The notes: generated from the sequence alone by a model not told the origin. 40,054 bases of DNA from Promethearchaeota archaeon (GCA_019058245.1 JAHPZJ010000005.1:1-40054); one strand, 5' to 3'. Positions 18,460 to 28,543 are shown, numbered from the stretch's first letter. Program-made: numbers and translations.

Positions 18460-19371
18460 ATGCAAGTTATACCAAAATCAGTAGTACTCATAGTTGATGA
18501 TAATGAAGATATCTTATTTAATTTAAAAATCCTATTAGAAAGTAAAGGATATGAAGTTAAAAGTGCAATAAATGGTAAAATAGCAATGAATATTTTATCA
18601 GAATTAAAAAACCCTCCTGATTTGATTATTAGTGATATTATGATGCCCCAGATGAATGGTTATGAGCTTTTTAGCGCAGTTTCAGATAATCCCCAATGGA
18701 ATCGAATTCCTTTTTTATTTCTAACAGCAAAATCTACTCCAGAAGATATTCGATTGGGCAAAATATTGGGAATTGACGATTATATAACAAAACCTTTTAA
18801 TAAAGAAGATCTATTTGCAATAATTTCAGGGAAGATAGCTCGAAATCAAAAATCAAATCTTATTGACAAGGAGATTAAGCAAATTTTAACGTCTTTAAAT
18901 ATTAAAATACAACCCTCGATTTCAGATACAGATGATGTATTAACATGTTTATTGGTTGTATATTGGGATGATATTATAGGTCCTGATGTAAAGCAATATT
19001 TTCCCTTTGATAAGGAGTTTTCTTTTTCTTTAGCTTCATTAGGTGTACAGCTATTTCAGGCAGTAACTTCAATTTATGGGCATGAAAAAATAACAAGTGC
19101 TCAAGGATTTTTACTAGATATTGAAAATATTAATCAAAAAGGTTATATTTATTTTGATTCTTATCCAGATGAAAATGAAAGACATGGAGAAAAACAATAC
19201 ATGTTATCAGTTATTTCTCCAAATTTAACATATTTTAATTCGCTTAAAATTAAGCAAGTATTGAAAGAGATCTCTGAAAAAATAAAAGATAAGCAAGATT
19301 GGGAAATTAAGGAATACTGGGAAAGAGTATTAACCATATTATCTAAAAACTCATTATTGTTTCATACTTAA
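18460..19371 (+). CDS. Response regulator: receiver domain plus putative longin/uDENN-like domain
   Basis: VDD, ISDIMMP (D59), FLTA, TKPF; C-terminal LLVVYWDDIIGPDVKQYFP...YPDENERHGEKQYMLSVIS. Confidence 0.85.
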   Translation: MQVIPKSVVLIVDDNEDILFNLKILLESKGYEVKSAINGKIAMNILSELKNPPDLIISDIMMPQMNGYELFSAVSDNPQWNRIPFLFLTAKSTPEDIRLGKILGIDDYITKPFNKEDLFAIISGKIARNQKSNLIDKEIKQILTSLNIKIQPSISDTDDVLTCLLVVYWDDIIGPDVKQYFPFDKEFSFSLASLGVQLFQAVTSIYGHEKITSAQGFLLDIENINQKGYIYFDSYPDENERHGEKQYMLSVISPNLTYFNSLKIKQVLKEISEKIKDKQDWEIKEYWERVLTILSKNSLLFHT

Positions 19372-19556
19372 AATTCCTCTAAATCTAGCAAAACTAAATG
19401 ATTTTATAAATTAAAAATCAATCTTTTTTTTTGGTTTTTGAAAAAGTAAGATTAATCGATTTTTTTGATAATCTATAGAAAGAACGTTTAAATCAGCTAT
19501 TTTTGATCAAGTTATTTAGAAGTTGTAATAAAATTTTTTAATTTTTGGTGATAAAC

Positions 19557-19871
19557 ATGTCAGAAACAAAAGAAGAAGAAAAATTAGTAAGATCCCCTGA
19601 AGTATGTTCTTGGGCTGATGATGAAGATAATGTCTATAAAATTGAAATACAATTGCCTGGTGTAGAAAAAGATACAATTAAACTTAAGATGTATGATGAT
19701 AGTTTTTTCATTAAAGGAGAAACCGAAGATACTACATATGTAGGATCTTATGGTCTATGTTGCCCTATAAATCCTGAAGAGGCAAAAGCAAATTACAAAA
19801 ATGGATTACTTAAAATTGCAGTACCTTTTAAAGAACCTGAATTTCATAGTATAGACATAAATATTGATTAA
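19557..19871 (+). CDS. Hsp20/alpha-crystallin family protein
   Basis: IQLPGVEKDTIKL, AKANYKNGLLKIAVP; GGTGA SD before ATG 19557. Confidence 0.9.
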   Translation: MSETKEEEKLVRSPEVCSWADDEDNVYKIEIQLPGVEKDTIKLKMYDDSFFIKGETEDTTYVGSYGLCCPINPEEAKANYKNGLLKIAVPFKEPEFHSIDINID

Positions 19872-19877
19872 ATAACC

Positions 19878-19897
19878 TTTTTTTTCTCTATTTTTTT
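19878..19897 (+). terminator. Oligo-T archaeal terminator candidate
   Basis: T8 and T7 runs just after hsp20 stop, between convergent genes. Confidence 0.45.
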
Positions 19898-19930
19898 AAT
19901 GTAAATGAAAAGCAATAATAAAAGAATTTA

Positions 19931-20860
19931 TTAATATTCAATATTCATCTCTTTAACATAATCAAATGCAGAATAAGCAGCTATAACACCCTCAGAAACT
20001 CCTGTAATCGCTTGTTTAAAAGGAGCGTCTGCAACATCCCCCGCAGCAAAAATACCTGTAATATTGGTTTCCGATTTACGATTTATCAAGATTTCTCCCT
20101 TTTTATTAGTTTCTACCCCAATTTTTTTTGCTAGATCGGAATTAGGAATTGATCCAATCTCAATAAAAACCCCATCAACTTCTAATTGATTCCCATTATC
20201 AAAAGATACAGATTTTACATTCCCGTCCCCCTTTATTTCAATAACATTGGTTTTATAAATAATCTCAATTTTCTCATTTTTAAGAACACGTTTCTTATTT
20301 ATTGGTTCAGCTCTAATGTCTTCTCCGCGATAAATAATATATACTTTTTTTGTATTTTGTGAGAGAAATAGAGCTTCTTTCGCTGCTGAATCACTTCCTC
20401 CTATTACACATACTATTTTATCTTTGTAAAATGGACCGTCACATGTAGCACAATATGAAACCCCCCTCCCTGCAAATTCCTCTTCACCAGGTATCCCCAA
20501 CTTCTTTCTTTTTGATCCAGTAGCAATACAGATACTATACGCTTTGAATTTTTGAAAAAAGGATTGTAAAACGAAATGATCATCCTGTTTTTCAATATTT
20601 CGAATCTCATCTGAGATGTATGGTATCCTTAATGAATCCATATGATCTTTAAACATATCCATTAAACCCTGGCCGCTAATACTAGTTATACCTGGATAAT
20701 TTTCAACGAGATGTGTCGTTGCGATTAATCCCCCAAAAGTCTTCCCTATTATTAGAACATCCATAGCAAATCGAGCTGCATATATTGCACATCCAATTGC
20801 AGTTGGTCCACCCCCTAAGACGATTAGATCATAGGTTTTTTCTAAATCAATGTTCTCCAT
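19931..20860 (-). CDS. trxB: Thioredoxin-disulfide reductase
   Basis: GGGPTA, GVSYCATCDG, GGSDSA, GIFAAGD; likely ATG 20860 just after upstream stop. Confidence 0.93.
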   Translation of the reverse strand: MENIDLEKTYDLIVLGGGPTAIGCAIYAARFAMDVLIIGKTFGGLIATTHLVENYPGITSISGQGLMDMFKDHMDSLRIPYISDEIRNIEKQDDHFVLQSFFQKFKAYSICIATGSKRKKLGIPGEEEFAGRGVSYCATCDGPFYKDKIVCVIGGSDSAAKEALFLSQNTKKVYIIYRGEDIRAEPINKKRVLKNEKIEIIYKTNVIEIKGDGNVKSVSFDNGNQLEVDGVFIEIGSIPNSDLAKKIGVETNKKGEILINRKSETNITGIFAAGDVADAPFKQAITGVSEGVIAAYSAFDYVKEMNIEY

Positions 20861-20861
20861 A

Positions 20862-21545
20862 TCAATATTGAACACGTATATTACCTCCAATTAAAGCCCT
20901 TAATATTTCATTTGGTCCAACCATTCCAACTAAGGTCTTCTGATCATTTATTATAGTATAGGGTACACCAGCAGCATCATAATATTGGCCAATATCAGGA
21001 TTTGCCATGATATCAATTATTACAGTTCTAATTTTTCCCTCTGAGGCAATCGCGAAAGAATTACTAACTGTAATTACCTGAGGGCAATAGGGGCAAGTTT
21101 CTGTCATCATAATTTTTATAGTTGACGGTTGGATTCTATCTAGATTTTGCTTTATTGTAGCTTCATAATAATTGGGAGTTCCAGCAAAGTTAAATATAGC
21201 TTGAATAAAAGGTTGAATTTCTCCTCCTTTTGGGGCTGCTAAGTATCTAATAATTTCACGCCCTTTATTATCTATAAAAAGAATTGTTGGTACTCGATTA
21301 ATATCATACTTTTTTGCGAAATCTGGATTATCATCTATAGATAGTTCTTCTATAGTTAACATACCATTTGAATTCTCTTCATAAACCCGTATTAAAGCCA
21401 TAAATTCCCCACAATCCATACAGGCTCTTAATTGAGTCCCATCTGAGCGTGTTCCTTGTGAAGTGAAGACTTTAAGTTTAACAGGTTTTTTTAATTTAGC
21501 CATTTCTCGTCTAATAATTTCTTTATATCGATCATCCGAAGACAT
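20862..21545 (-). CDS. Protein disulfide oxidoreductase (PDO/AhpF-NTD-like)
   Basis: Two Trx folds with CMDC and CPYC; AGGTGA SD. Confidence 0.9.
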   Translation of the reverse strand: MSSDDRYKEIIRREMAKLKKPVKLKVFTSQGTRSDGTQLRACMDCGEFMALIRVYEENSNGMLTIEELSIDDNPDFAKKYDINRVPTILFIDNKGREIIRYLAAPKGGEIQPFIQAIFNFAGTPNYYEATIKQNLDRIQPSTIKIMMTETCPYCPQVITVSNSFAIASEGKIRTVIIDIMANPDIGQYYDAAGVPYTIINDQKTLVGMVGPNEILRALIGGNIRVQY

Positions 21546-21563
21546 CTTTAAAAATCACCTGTT

Positions 21564-22256
21564 TTATGCATACATTCCTCCAAAATCTCTTTCACCTTTA
21601 GTGAGTTTATCTAATAAATCTTGAGGTGTAAACATACCATATATATGATCCTTCTCATTAATAACTGTGTGAGGAACCCCTTGAACTTGGTACTTCATAC
21701 CGAGATCTGGATTTAAATTAACATCAATTACTTCCGCGGAAATCTTTCCCTTAGAAACTATGGCAAATAGAGTTAGAACAGGTACCGTTGCGGGACAATA
21801 TGGACAAGTTGGAGTTATAAAAATTTTCATCTTTGACTTATCTATTTTTTTCAAATGAGTAAGGATTTGATCTGCATAATATGGTCTTACTCCTGAAAAA
21901 TATTGTATACTATTCAGAAATGGTACAAATTCAGAACCTGTGGGGTGTGCTAAATATCGAATAATCTCTTTATCATCTTGATTAACAAATAATATAGCAG
22001 GTATCTTAGTCACATTAAATTTTTTTGCATCCTCATCATTTTCTTCAGTTGAAATTTCTTCTATTTCTAATTTTCCGTTGGAAATTTCCTCCAAAGTCTT
22101 TAATAATTCATAAGTACCTTCACAAGCCATACATTTTCTTAGTTTTGTTCCGTCTTCTTGGGTTCTGAAATCAGTAAATAATTTTAGCACCACCTTTTCC
22201 TTTAATTTAGCCATTTCTCTTTTAATATTATCCATTTCATTTTGTGAAAACAACAT
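21564..22256 (-). CDS. Protein disulfide oxidoreductase (PDO) paralogue
   Basis: CMAC and CPYC; GGGTGA SD before ATG 22256. Confidence 0.9.
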   Translation of the reverse strand: MLFSQNEMDNIKREMAKLKEKVVLKLFTDFRTQEDGTKLRKCMACEGTYELLKTLEEISNGKLEIEEISTEENDEDAKKFNVTKIPAILFVNQDDKEIIRYLAHPTGSEFVPFLNSIQYFSGVRPYYADQILTHLKKIDKSKMKIFITPTCPYCPATVPVLTLFAIVSKGKISAEVIDVNLNPDLGMKYQVQGVPHTVINEKDHIYGMFTPQDLLDKLTKGERDFGGMYA

Positions 22257-22402
22257 AAAATCACCCAATATCATTCAATCTATTATGAATATTTGCTTTC
22301 ATACTTAAAAGAATTTTTCGTTTAAAATATAAAAGAAAATAGGAATGAATTATTTTTGAATAAACCCTTATAAAATTGGATTAATAAATTAAAAGATACA
22401 TT

Positions 22403-23569
22403 TTAAGGTGTATTTAAATTCTTCTTAATAAGTTTCCTAAAGATTAAAAATAATATTAACCCTGCAAAAAAACCAACAGCAATATTGATATAAAAGCATA
22501 TTATGGCAGAGGTTAAGATTATCGGAAAAGTTTTTGAATTAAATTCTCTGAAAGCAACTTTTCCTAGTAAAAAAGCAGTATATATAAGCATAGCTCCCAA
22601 AATTGCCATAGGAAACTCAGTAAATATTAAAAGTAAGGCTTCAGAAAAGAATAATCCCAGAATTAATTCCATTAAACCCTCCAATATCATAGAACCACCA
22701 GTCCTAGCCCCAAAAGCATATTGTGCCATTAATCCCCCTGACCCATGACATAGGGGCATTCCTGTAACAAATGGATTGATTAAATTTATTGCTCCCATAT
22801 TAAAAGCTAAAGTATTAGCATCAATCTTTTTATTTTCAGGAAAAAGTTCTTTAACTAAAACAACAGTAGCAACCATAACATTTGTTAATGTTAAAAATAA
22901 TTGAGCAATTCCAGCATATAACATTCCTAATAGAAAATTATTCCATGAAGGTATTTGAAATATTAAATTAGGGATCCCAAAATTCAAGTCTGAAATAATG
23001 ATCTTCCCAGTAATAACCAATATTAAAACTCCACCTAAAGTAAGAATAATTGCTGAAGGGATCGGTTTATTCTTTATTAAAATCAAGATGATTGAAATAG
23101 ATATAAAACCAAGATATATATTTTCCTTAAATAGTAGGATTCCCGTCCAACCTAAAATAAGAGCCAAACCGAGTTGAATTCCTTTTACAGCAACGATAGG
23201 AATTTTGTTTATAATTTTATTAAGCTTTTTTGAAAAACCAAGAAGAAACCATATAACTCCTGTACCAAATCCAGTAGAGATAACCATATTAGGATTCCAT
23301 TTTTTTGAGATGGCCACAGCACCAATTGTTTTTTGTGGTTGTACAGGAAGTGGAAGATTAAATTTAATTCCTAAAATTATATTAGTTATTCCTAAAGTTA
23401 GGAAAATTCCTGCTGGACTTAAGCCTACAATTGAGATATATCCAATTACAAATGGAATTAATGTACCCCAATCTCCAAAGGCACCTCCAAATTCTCTTAA
23501 AGTAAACTTCTTATGATTCTTTTCAGTATCTTTTTCAATAATAATATTTTCAGATTCCAAATTTATCAA
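22403..23569 (-). CDS. Molybdate/sulfate transporter, MOT1-like
   Basis: EFGGAFGDWGT, PLPVQPQK, GMPLCHGSGGLMAQYAFGARTG. Confidence 0.88.
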   Translation of the reverse strand: MINLESENIIIEKDTEKNHKKFTLREFGGAFGDWGTLIPFVIGYISIVGLSPAGIFLTLGITNIILGIKFNLPLPVQPQKTIGAVAISKKWNPNMVISTGFGTGVIWFLLGFSKKLNKIINKIPIVAVKGIQLGLALILGWTGILLFKENIYLGFISISIILILIKNKPIPSAIILTLGGVLILVITGKIIISDLNFGIPNLIFQIPSWNNFLLGMLYAGIAQLFLTLTNVMVATVVLVKELFPENKKIDANTLAFNMGAINLINPFVTGMPLCHGSGGLMAQYAFGARTGGSMILEGLMELILGLFFSEALLLIFTEFPMAILGAMLIYTAFLLGKVAFREFNSKTFPIILTSAIICFYINIAVGFFAGLILFLIFRKLIKKNLNTP

Positions 23570-23781
23570 ATAAATAAAAATTGCTAAAATTAATAAATTT
23601 TTTAAAAAGGTTTCTCAAAAATTTGAATTCGGGACATCATTCTATGCTTGGAAATTGACTTTTTTCTTTTCTATAAATTTAAAAATATTCAATTTATAAT
23701 ATGTTCAGTTTTAACTCGATTAAAGATATTTGAATAACATAATGAATTTAATTTTTTATCTCCTCATCAAGGAGTATTTTC

Positions 23782-25425
23782 ATGTCGCTTGAAAGTAGAT
23801 TAAATTTTGAAAAAACCATTTCAAGCATTTCTTCTCGATTTATTGGGCTAATAAATCCTGATGATGCAATAAATTTATCTTTTGAAGACATGGGAACTAT
23901 ATCAAACGCAGATAGAGTAAGTCTTTTTCTTTTTGATAAAGATGATAAGATCTTTAGGAATACCCATGAATGGTGCTCAGAAGGGATAAGTTCCCAAATT
24001 AATAACCTTCAAAAAGTAGATAGTAAAGTAATTACTTGGTGGATTAACCAAGTTGAAAAAATAAGTTTTATTAACATTCGTGATATTTCTACTCTGCCAT
24101 ATAGTGCATACTCTGTAAAAAAATTTTTGGAATTACAAGATATTCAATCATTTTTAGCTTTCCCAATCTATATTAGTGGAATGATTAATGGATTCGTTTG
24201 TTTTAGCAAAACAAAAGAAAAAACTCAATGGAAAGGGAAAGATTTTGTGATATTAAGAATTTTTGGTCAGAGTCTTGGTGACACGATCGAACGTTTAAAT
24301 GCGGAAAAAGTTTTAAAAGAGAATCAAGAATTGTTGAGGGCTACTTTCGAAGCCACTGCCGATGGAATCCTTGCTGTTGACAATAATAACATAATTACTC
24401 ATTTAAACGAAAGATTCATATATATGTGGCGCGTTCCTGATGAGATAATTGATCAAAAAAATTTTACTGAGTTAATTAATTATATCATAAACCAGCTTAA
24501 ATATCCAGAAAAATTTTTATCAAAATTAAGGAATCTTGAAAATTCTTTCAAGGATGGTTATGATATGATTTTTTTTAAGGATGGACGAATTTTTGAACAT
24601 TATTCTTGTCCATTAATTCAAGATGGAGAAAAAACAGGAAGGGTATGGAGTTTTAAAGATATAACAGAACATCAACATGCTGAGCAAGAATTAAGAAAAT
24701 CTGAAAATAAATATCGAGAGGCATATGAAAGAGCAGATTTGTTTAAAGATGTTTTTACGCATGATATTAACAATATTTTTCATAATGTAAAATCTTCAAT
24801 AGAATTAATCTCAATTTTGAAAGAAAAATCAAAAAACTTAGAAAATTTAGACGAGTTTTTTCAAATTATTGATAATCAAATTGATAGAGGAGTAAAGTTA
24901 ATTAATAATGTACGCAAAATTTCTAAACTTGATGAAACAGAAATATCATTAAAAAGTGTAGATGTTTACAAGGTATTAGATGAAGCATTTCAATTTGCTT
25001 ATAAAAGTGCCTATGAAAAAAAATTGGATATAAAAATTATTAAAATTGAGGAAGATCATCTTTTTGTAGTAGCCAATGAGTTTTTATTAGATGTATGCGA
25101 AAACATTCTACATAATGCTATTAAGTATAATTATAATAACCTTGTTGAAATTACAATAGAAATTTCTAAAAATATTAGAGACTCTAAAAATTATATTAAA
25201 ATAGAATTCAAAGATAATGGTATGGGAATAACTGACGAAAAAAAGAAAATAATATTTCAAAAAGGACTTAGTAAAGATAATAAAGTAAGAGGAATGGGAA
25301 TTGGTCTATCACTTGTAAAAAAAATAATTGAGAGTTATAATGGTGAAATTTGGGTTGAAAACAGAATAAAAAATGATTATTTGAAGGGAAGCAACTTTAT
25401 TATCGAAATTCCAGAAGCAAATTAA
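23782..25425 (+). CDS. Soluble GAF-PAS histidine kinase
   Basis: NTHEWC GAF, FEATADGIL PAS, THDINN H-box, NAIKY, DNGMG, GMGIGL. Confidence 0.92.
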   Translation: MSLESRLNFEKTISSISSRFIGLINPDDAINLSFEDMGTISNADRVSLFLFDKDDKIFRNTHEWCSEGISSQINNLQKVDSKVITWWINQVEKISFINIRDISTLPYSAYSVKKFLELQDIQSFLAFPIYISGMINGFVCFSKTKEKTQWKGKDFVILRIFGQSLGDTIERLNAEKVLKENQELLRATFEATADGILAVDNNNIITHLNERFIYMWRVPDEIIDQKNFTELINYIINQLKYPEKFLSKLRNLENSFKDGYDMIFFKDGRIFEHYSCPLIQDGEKTGRVWSFKDITEHQHAEQELRKSENKYREAYERADLFKDVFTHDINNIFHNVKSSIELISILKEKSKNLENLDEFFQIIDNQIDRGVKLINNVRKISKLDETEISLKSVDVYKVLDEAFQFAYKSAYEKKLDIKIIKIEEDHLFVVANEFLLDVCENILHNAIKYNYNNLVEITIEISKNIRDSKNYIKIEFKDNGMGITDEKKKIIFQKGLSKDNKVRGMGIGLSLVKKIIESYNGEIWVENRIKNDYLKGSNFIIEIPEAN

Positions 25426-25469
25426 TCAAAAAATAGTTTTAAAGCTCGATGATAATCGTTTTGTTTAAT

Positions 25470-26450
25470 TTATAACAATAATTCAAATAAATCTTTAGCT
25501 TTTGGGTGAATTTTGCATATTTTACTGAAACGACGAAGAATCCACCAACAGGAAGGACAATAGGTTGTTACAAAATCAAGATCCTCTCGATTAAAATCAG
25601 ACATTCGCTTTCGAGCAATTTTTTCTATTATATCAGTTCGTCCCATCCAACCAGATCCTCCTCCACAACACCAATGAGGTATATCTACAACTTCATATCC
25701 AGTCTTTCTAAGGATATCATCAATAAACTTTTCTACACCCTCTCGACCTCTATTCATTAATTGACATAGGTGTTGTACTCCTACTTTTCCTGATTTATCA
25801 ATATTTAAAGGTTTCAAGAAATCAGCAATGTACTTCACATCTGCATCTAAACCATCCATCTCATTTTTAAAAAGATAATAGCAAGCAGGACACAAACAAA
25901 TTATCTCTTTGAATTTTTCTGAATTAAATAAATCTCTATTTTCTTTTTTACATGTTTCATATTCCGCATTCAATCCACTAATTTTTAAATGCCATCCACA
26001 ACAAATTTCTGATTCTAAAATAGTGAAATCTACGTCGCGTTGGATTAAATATTGAAGAGCATGTTCGGTATATCGAGGAATTCTTATAGTAGAAAGACAT
26101 CCCATGAAAAAGAGAGTGTCAGATTTACTCTGTATTTTCTTAAATCTTTTTATTCGCATTTTATTAGTTGGATATGGGGAGCGATATTTTTCAAAATATT
26201 CACGCATTTCATTAATTTCCTCAAATGTATTTCCATCTTCAATATACTTTTGTTTTAATGAAATACGTTCATTTTCTGTCTCGCATTCTCCACAATGAAC
26301 GCAATTGTAGAGTTTGTAATAATCCTCTGGTTTAAATTTAATGGCTTCCTGTTTTGAGATCATTTGTTTTACCAACTTATCACTTAAGAAATTAGTTGGA
26401 TCTACTTCATCTGTAGGATAGTTTTTTCTTCCTCTTATTCGCTCTTTCAT
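25470..26450 (-). CDS. CCG-domain Fe-S oxidoreductase (HdrD/GlpC-like)
   Basis: CVHCGEC; ICCG...CPAC; WCCGGG...CPSC. Confidence 0.88.
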   Translation of the reverse strand: MKERIRGRKNYPTDEVDPTNFLSDKLVKQMISKQEAIKFKPEDYYKLYNCVHCGECETENERISLKQKYIEDGNTFEEINEMREYFEKYRSPYPTNKMRIKRFKKIQSKSDTLFFMGCLSTIRIPRYTEHALQYLIQRDVDFTILESEICCGWHLKISGLNAEYETCKKENRDLFNSEKFKEIICLCPACYYLFKNEMDGLDADVKYIADFLKPLNIDKSGKVGVQHLCQLMNRGREGVEKFIDDILRKTGYEVVDIPHWCCGGGSGWMGRTDIIEKIARKRMSDFNREDLDFVTTYCPSCWWILRRFSKICKIHPKAKDLFELLL

Positions 26451-26682
26451 TCTAATCAGCTAAGATATTTTTATTTTTTTTTTTATTAAAGATTTATATT
26501 AACGATAAAAAGATTTTCAAATAAAATTTATTTCATATTAAAATAATCAAACTGAATTTTTTATTTTTAATATTATACGTTTTAAACTATAAATAAAAAA
26601 TTCTAATTTTGGAATATAATTAATAAAACTTATTAGGCTTTTAAAGTTCGATTATTTCTAAAAATAAAGAAATTAATGTGTT

Positions 26683-26805
26683 ATCTGTCCATGGACTATT
26701 TTTGCGGCCTGAATAGCATATTGAATTACAGATAAAGAATTAAGAATGGATCCATCAGAATTTAATCAAATTGAGGTTATTACAAAACTAACAATTCTAG
26801 ATTAG
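26683..26805 (+). pseudogene. Possible decayed C-terminal gene fragment
   Basis: ICPWTIFAA*IAY*ITDKELRMDPSEFNQIEVITKLTILD* with two internal TGA and no start. Confidence 0.3.
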
Positions 26806-26841
26806 TAAGTTAAAAAAAAAAATAAATTCTTGAAGTTTTTA

Positions 26842-26997
26842 TTAATCTTTTTTGATCTTAACATCAGTTCTTTGTATACCAACTTCTTTATTACTTGGTA
26901 TTGGAGATCCACAATGATCCCTTAACCTTTCACTTTCTTTGAACGCTTTATCAAGTTCTTCTTCTAACTCATCATCAGTTTTGTCATTATCTGTCAT
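26842..26997 (-). CDS. Small acidic protein (51 aa)
   Basis: Not in track; MTDNDKTDDELEEELDKAFKESERLRDHCGSPIPSNKEVGIQRTDVKIKKD; co-oriented after FTR-like gene. Confidence 0.6.
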   Translation of the reverse strand: MTDNDKTDDELEEELDKAFKESERLRDHCGSPIPSNKEVGIQRTDVKIKKD

Positions 26998-27067
26998 AAT
27001 TTATAAAGAGAAATTGTATTATTTAAGGATTTTATTTATAAATAAAAAAGAGAAAAAAATTTATAAT

Positions 27068-27433
27068 TCACTTTCTAAGATATTCTAATACTTTCTTTTC
27101 TTTCTCCTCAGGTCTTCTTTCAGGAACAAGTATATATTCAGTACCAATAGTCTCGTAATACTCTGGCTTAAGGTATAGATTACAATAACATGCACCATAT
27201 TCCTTAATATCCAATGGAGCATAATCACAAGGACAAATTAAATCTCTATCCAGATCTCGATTGCCTGAAGCAAGACGACATGGGCAAGATTGATATCCGT
27301 AATTAATCTTATTTTCCACCAAACCAACAATAAGATTATTTAGGGTTTCTTGATCTTTATTTAATATCCATTTATTTGTTTCACAGACTTTATTGCAATA
27401 TTCCATCATTCCTTTAAATGTCTCCATATCCAT
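27068..27433 (-). CDS. Ferredoxin:thioredoxin/glutaredoxin reductase catalytic subunit
   Basis: YGYQSCPCR, ICPCDY, GACYCNLY. Confidence 0.93.
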   Translation of the reverse strand: MDMETFKGMMEYCNKVCETNKWILNKDQETLNNLIVGLVENKINYGYQSCPCRLASGNRDLDRDLICPCDYAPLDIKEYGACYCNLYLKPEYYETIGTEYILVPERRPEEKEKKVLEYLRK

Positions 27434-27434
27434 T

Positions 27435-27746
27435 CTATTCCCCTCCAGAATTTATTATTTCTTCATATTTACCGGGATTGTATCCAACTACAAATTCATC
27501 ATCACAAATCATGAATGGATACGATACTCTAGATTGATATTTATATTTTAGAAATTCTAGTATTTGTATTTTTTCTCTAGGTTTAATTTTATCAACATCT
27601 ACATATTTATATTGTATATCACGATCTTGTAACCAAGATTTGCATTTTTTGCACCACATACAAGTAGATAATGTTAAAAGAGTAATATCCCTATTTTTCT
27701 TAGAACCTTTGATGGTTTTTGCTAATTTCTCTATAGTTTCAGACAT
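27435..27746 (-). CDS. Glutaredoxin/NrdH-like protein, FTR partner
   Basis: LSTCMWCKK, VSYP, VVGY; 1 nt from the FTR-like start. Confidence 0.92.
   Translation of the reverse strand: MSETIEKLAKTIKGSKKNRDITLLTLSTCMWCKKCKSWLQDRDIQYKYVDVDKIKPREKIQILEFLKYKYQSRVSYPFMICDDEFVVGYNPGKYEEIINSGGE
27514..27629. repeat. 116-bp direct repeat, copy 1 (inside glutaredoxin gene)
   Basis: Identical to 28425-28540. Confidence 0.95.
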
Positions 27747-27784
27747 AATTTTATTTTCTCCTCATTTTTAAAAAAGTTTTTGTA

Positions 27785-28234
27785 TTAATTTGATTTAATC
27801 CTCAGTTTCCATTGTGGATCGATACACTCAAAAGCTTCTAAAGTCAAAGCTCTAATATCACTATGACAAGAATCCAATAAAATACCTAAATGCTCAAGTG
27901 CCCTCTTATCTCCAATTTTCATAAGACTTTCTATAATTATGAATAATCTTGTTTTATCTTGATCTTCTTCAGGCTTTTCTAGTTCTACCTTTAAAAACTC
28001 TATAATTGGCATCGTTGCTTTGGGGTCTCCAATTTCCCCCATTGCTTCAATAATTCGATTAATTACTACATCATCTTTTTCGGATTTTAAAGCTTTAAAT
28101 AATATATTAATTGCTCTACCTTCTTTTAATTGACCGAGATTTTGAGCAGCAAAAGCTCTTTCTTTCCAATTATCATTATTAAATAAAATTTTTATAAATT
28201 TATTAAACGCTTCATTTCGAGTTTTTTGATCCAT
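27785..28234 (-). CDS. HEAT/PBS-lyase repeat protein
   Basis: RAFAAQNLGQLKEGRAINIL, EAMGEIGDPKA, SLMKIGDKRA. Confidence 0.9.
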   Translation of the reverse strand: MDQKTRNEAFNKFIKILFNNDNWKERAFAAQNLGQLKEGRAINILFKALKSEKDDVVINRIIEAMGEIGDPKATMPIIEFLKVELEKPEEDQDKTRLFIIIESLMKIGDKRALEHLGILLDSCHSDIRALTLEAFECIDPQWKLRIKSN

Positions 28235-28424
28235 CTTAAGATAAAAATAAGAAGAAGAAATAATAATCTGTTGTTAATAAATTATTAGATATTTTTGAAA
28301 TTAGGATTAATAATTAAGAGATTTTAATTAAAGCCTTAATAATTCTTAAGATAAACGGTTTAATTTGAAATTCATATTCAAATGTATAATATTACTATAA
28401 ACCCAGATCAATAGACTATAAATC

Positions 28425-28540
28425 AATGGATACGATACTCTAGATTGATATTTATATTTTAGAAATTCTAGTATTTGTATTTTTTCTCTAGGTTTAATTT
28501 TATCAACATCTACATATTTATATTGTATATCACGATCTTG
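28425..28540. repeat. 116-bp direct repeat, copy 2 (orphan glutaredoxin fragment without CxxC)
   Basis: Identical to 27514-27629; explains track ORF 28346-28543. Confidence 0.95.
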
Positions 28541-28543
28541 CAT

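Noticed and set aside
26683-26805. Two in-frame TGA codons as selenocysteine recoding
   Set aside because: No start codon, not in Cys-like redox contexts, no convincing SECIS; gene decay is more likely
27514-28540. 116-bp repeat as DGR template/variable repeat or attL/attR pair
   Set aside because: Copies are identical with no adenine-specific mismatches; no reverse transcriptase or integrase in the window
28346-28543. Track ORF as a second glutaredoxin
   Set aside because: Only the duplicated internal fragment without CxxC, followed by unrelated sequence
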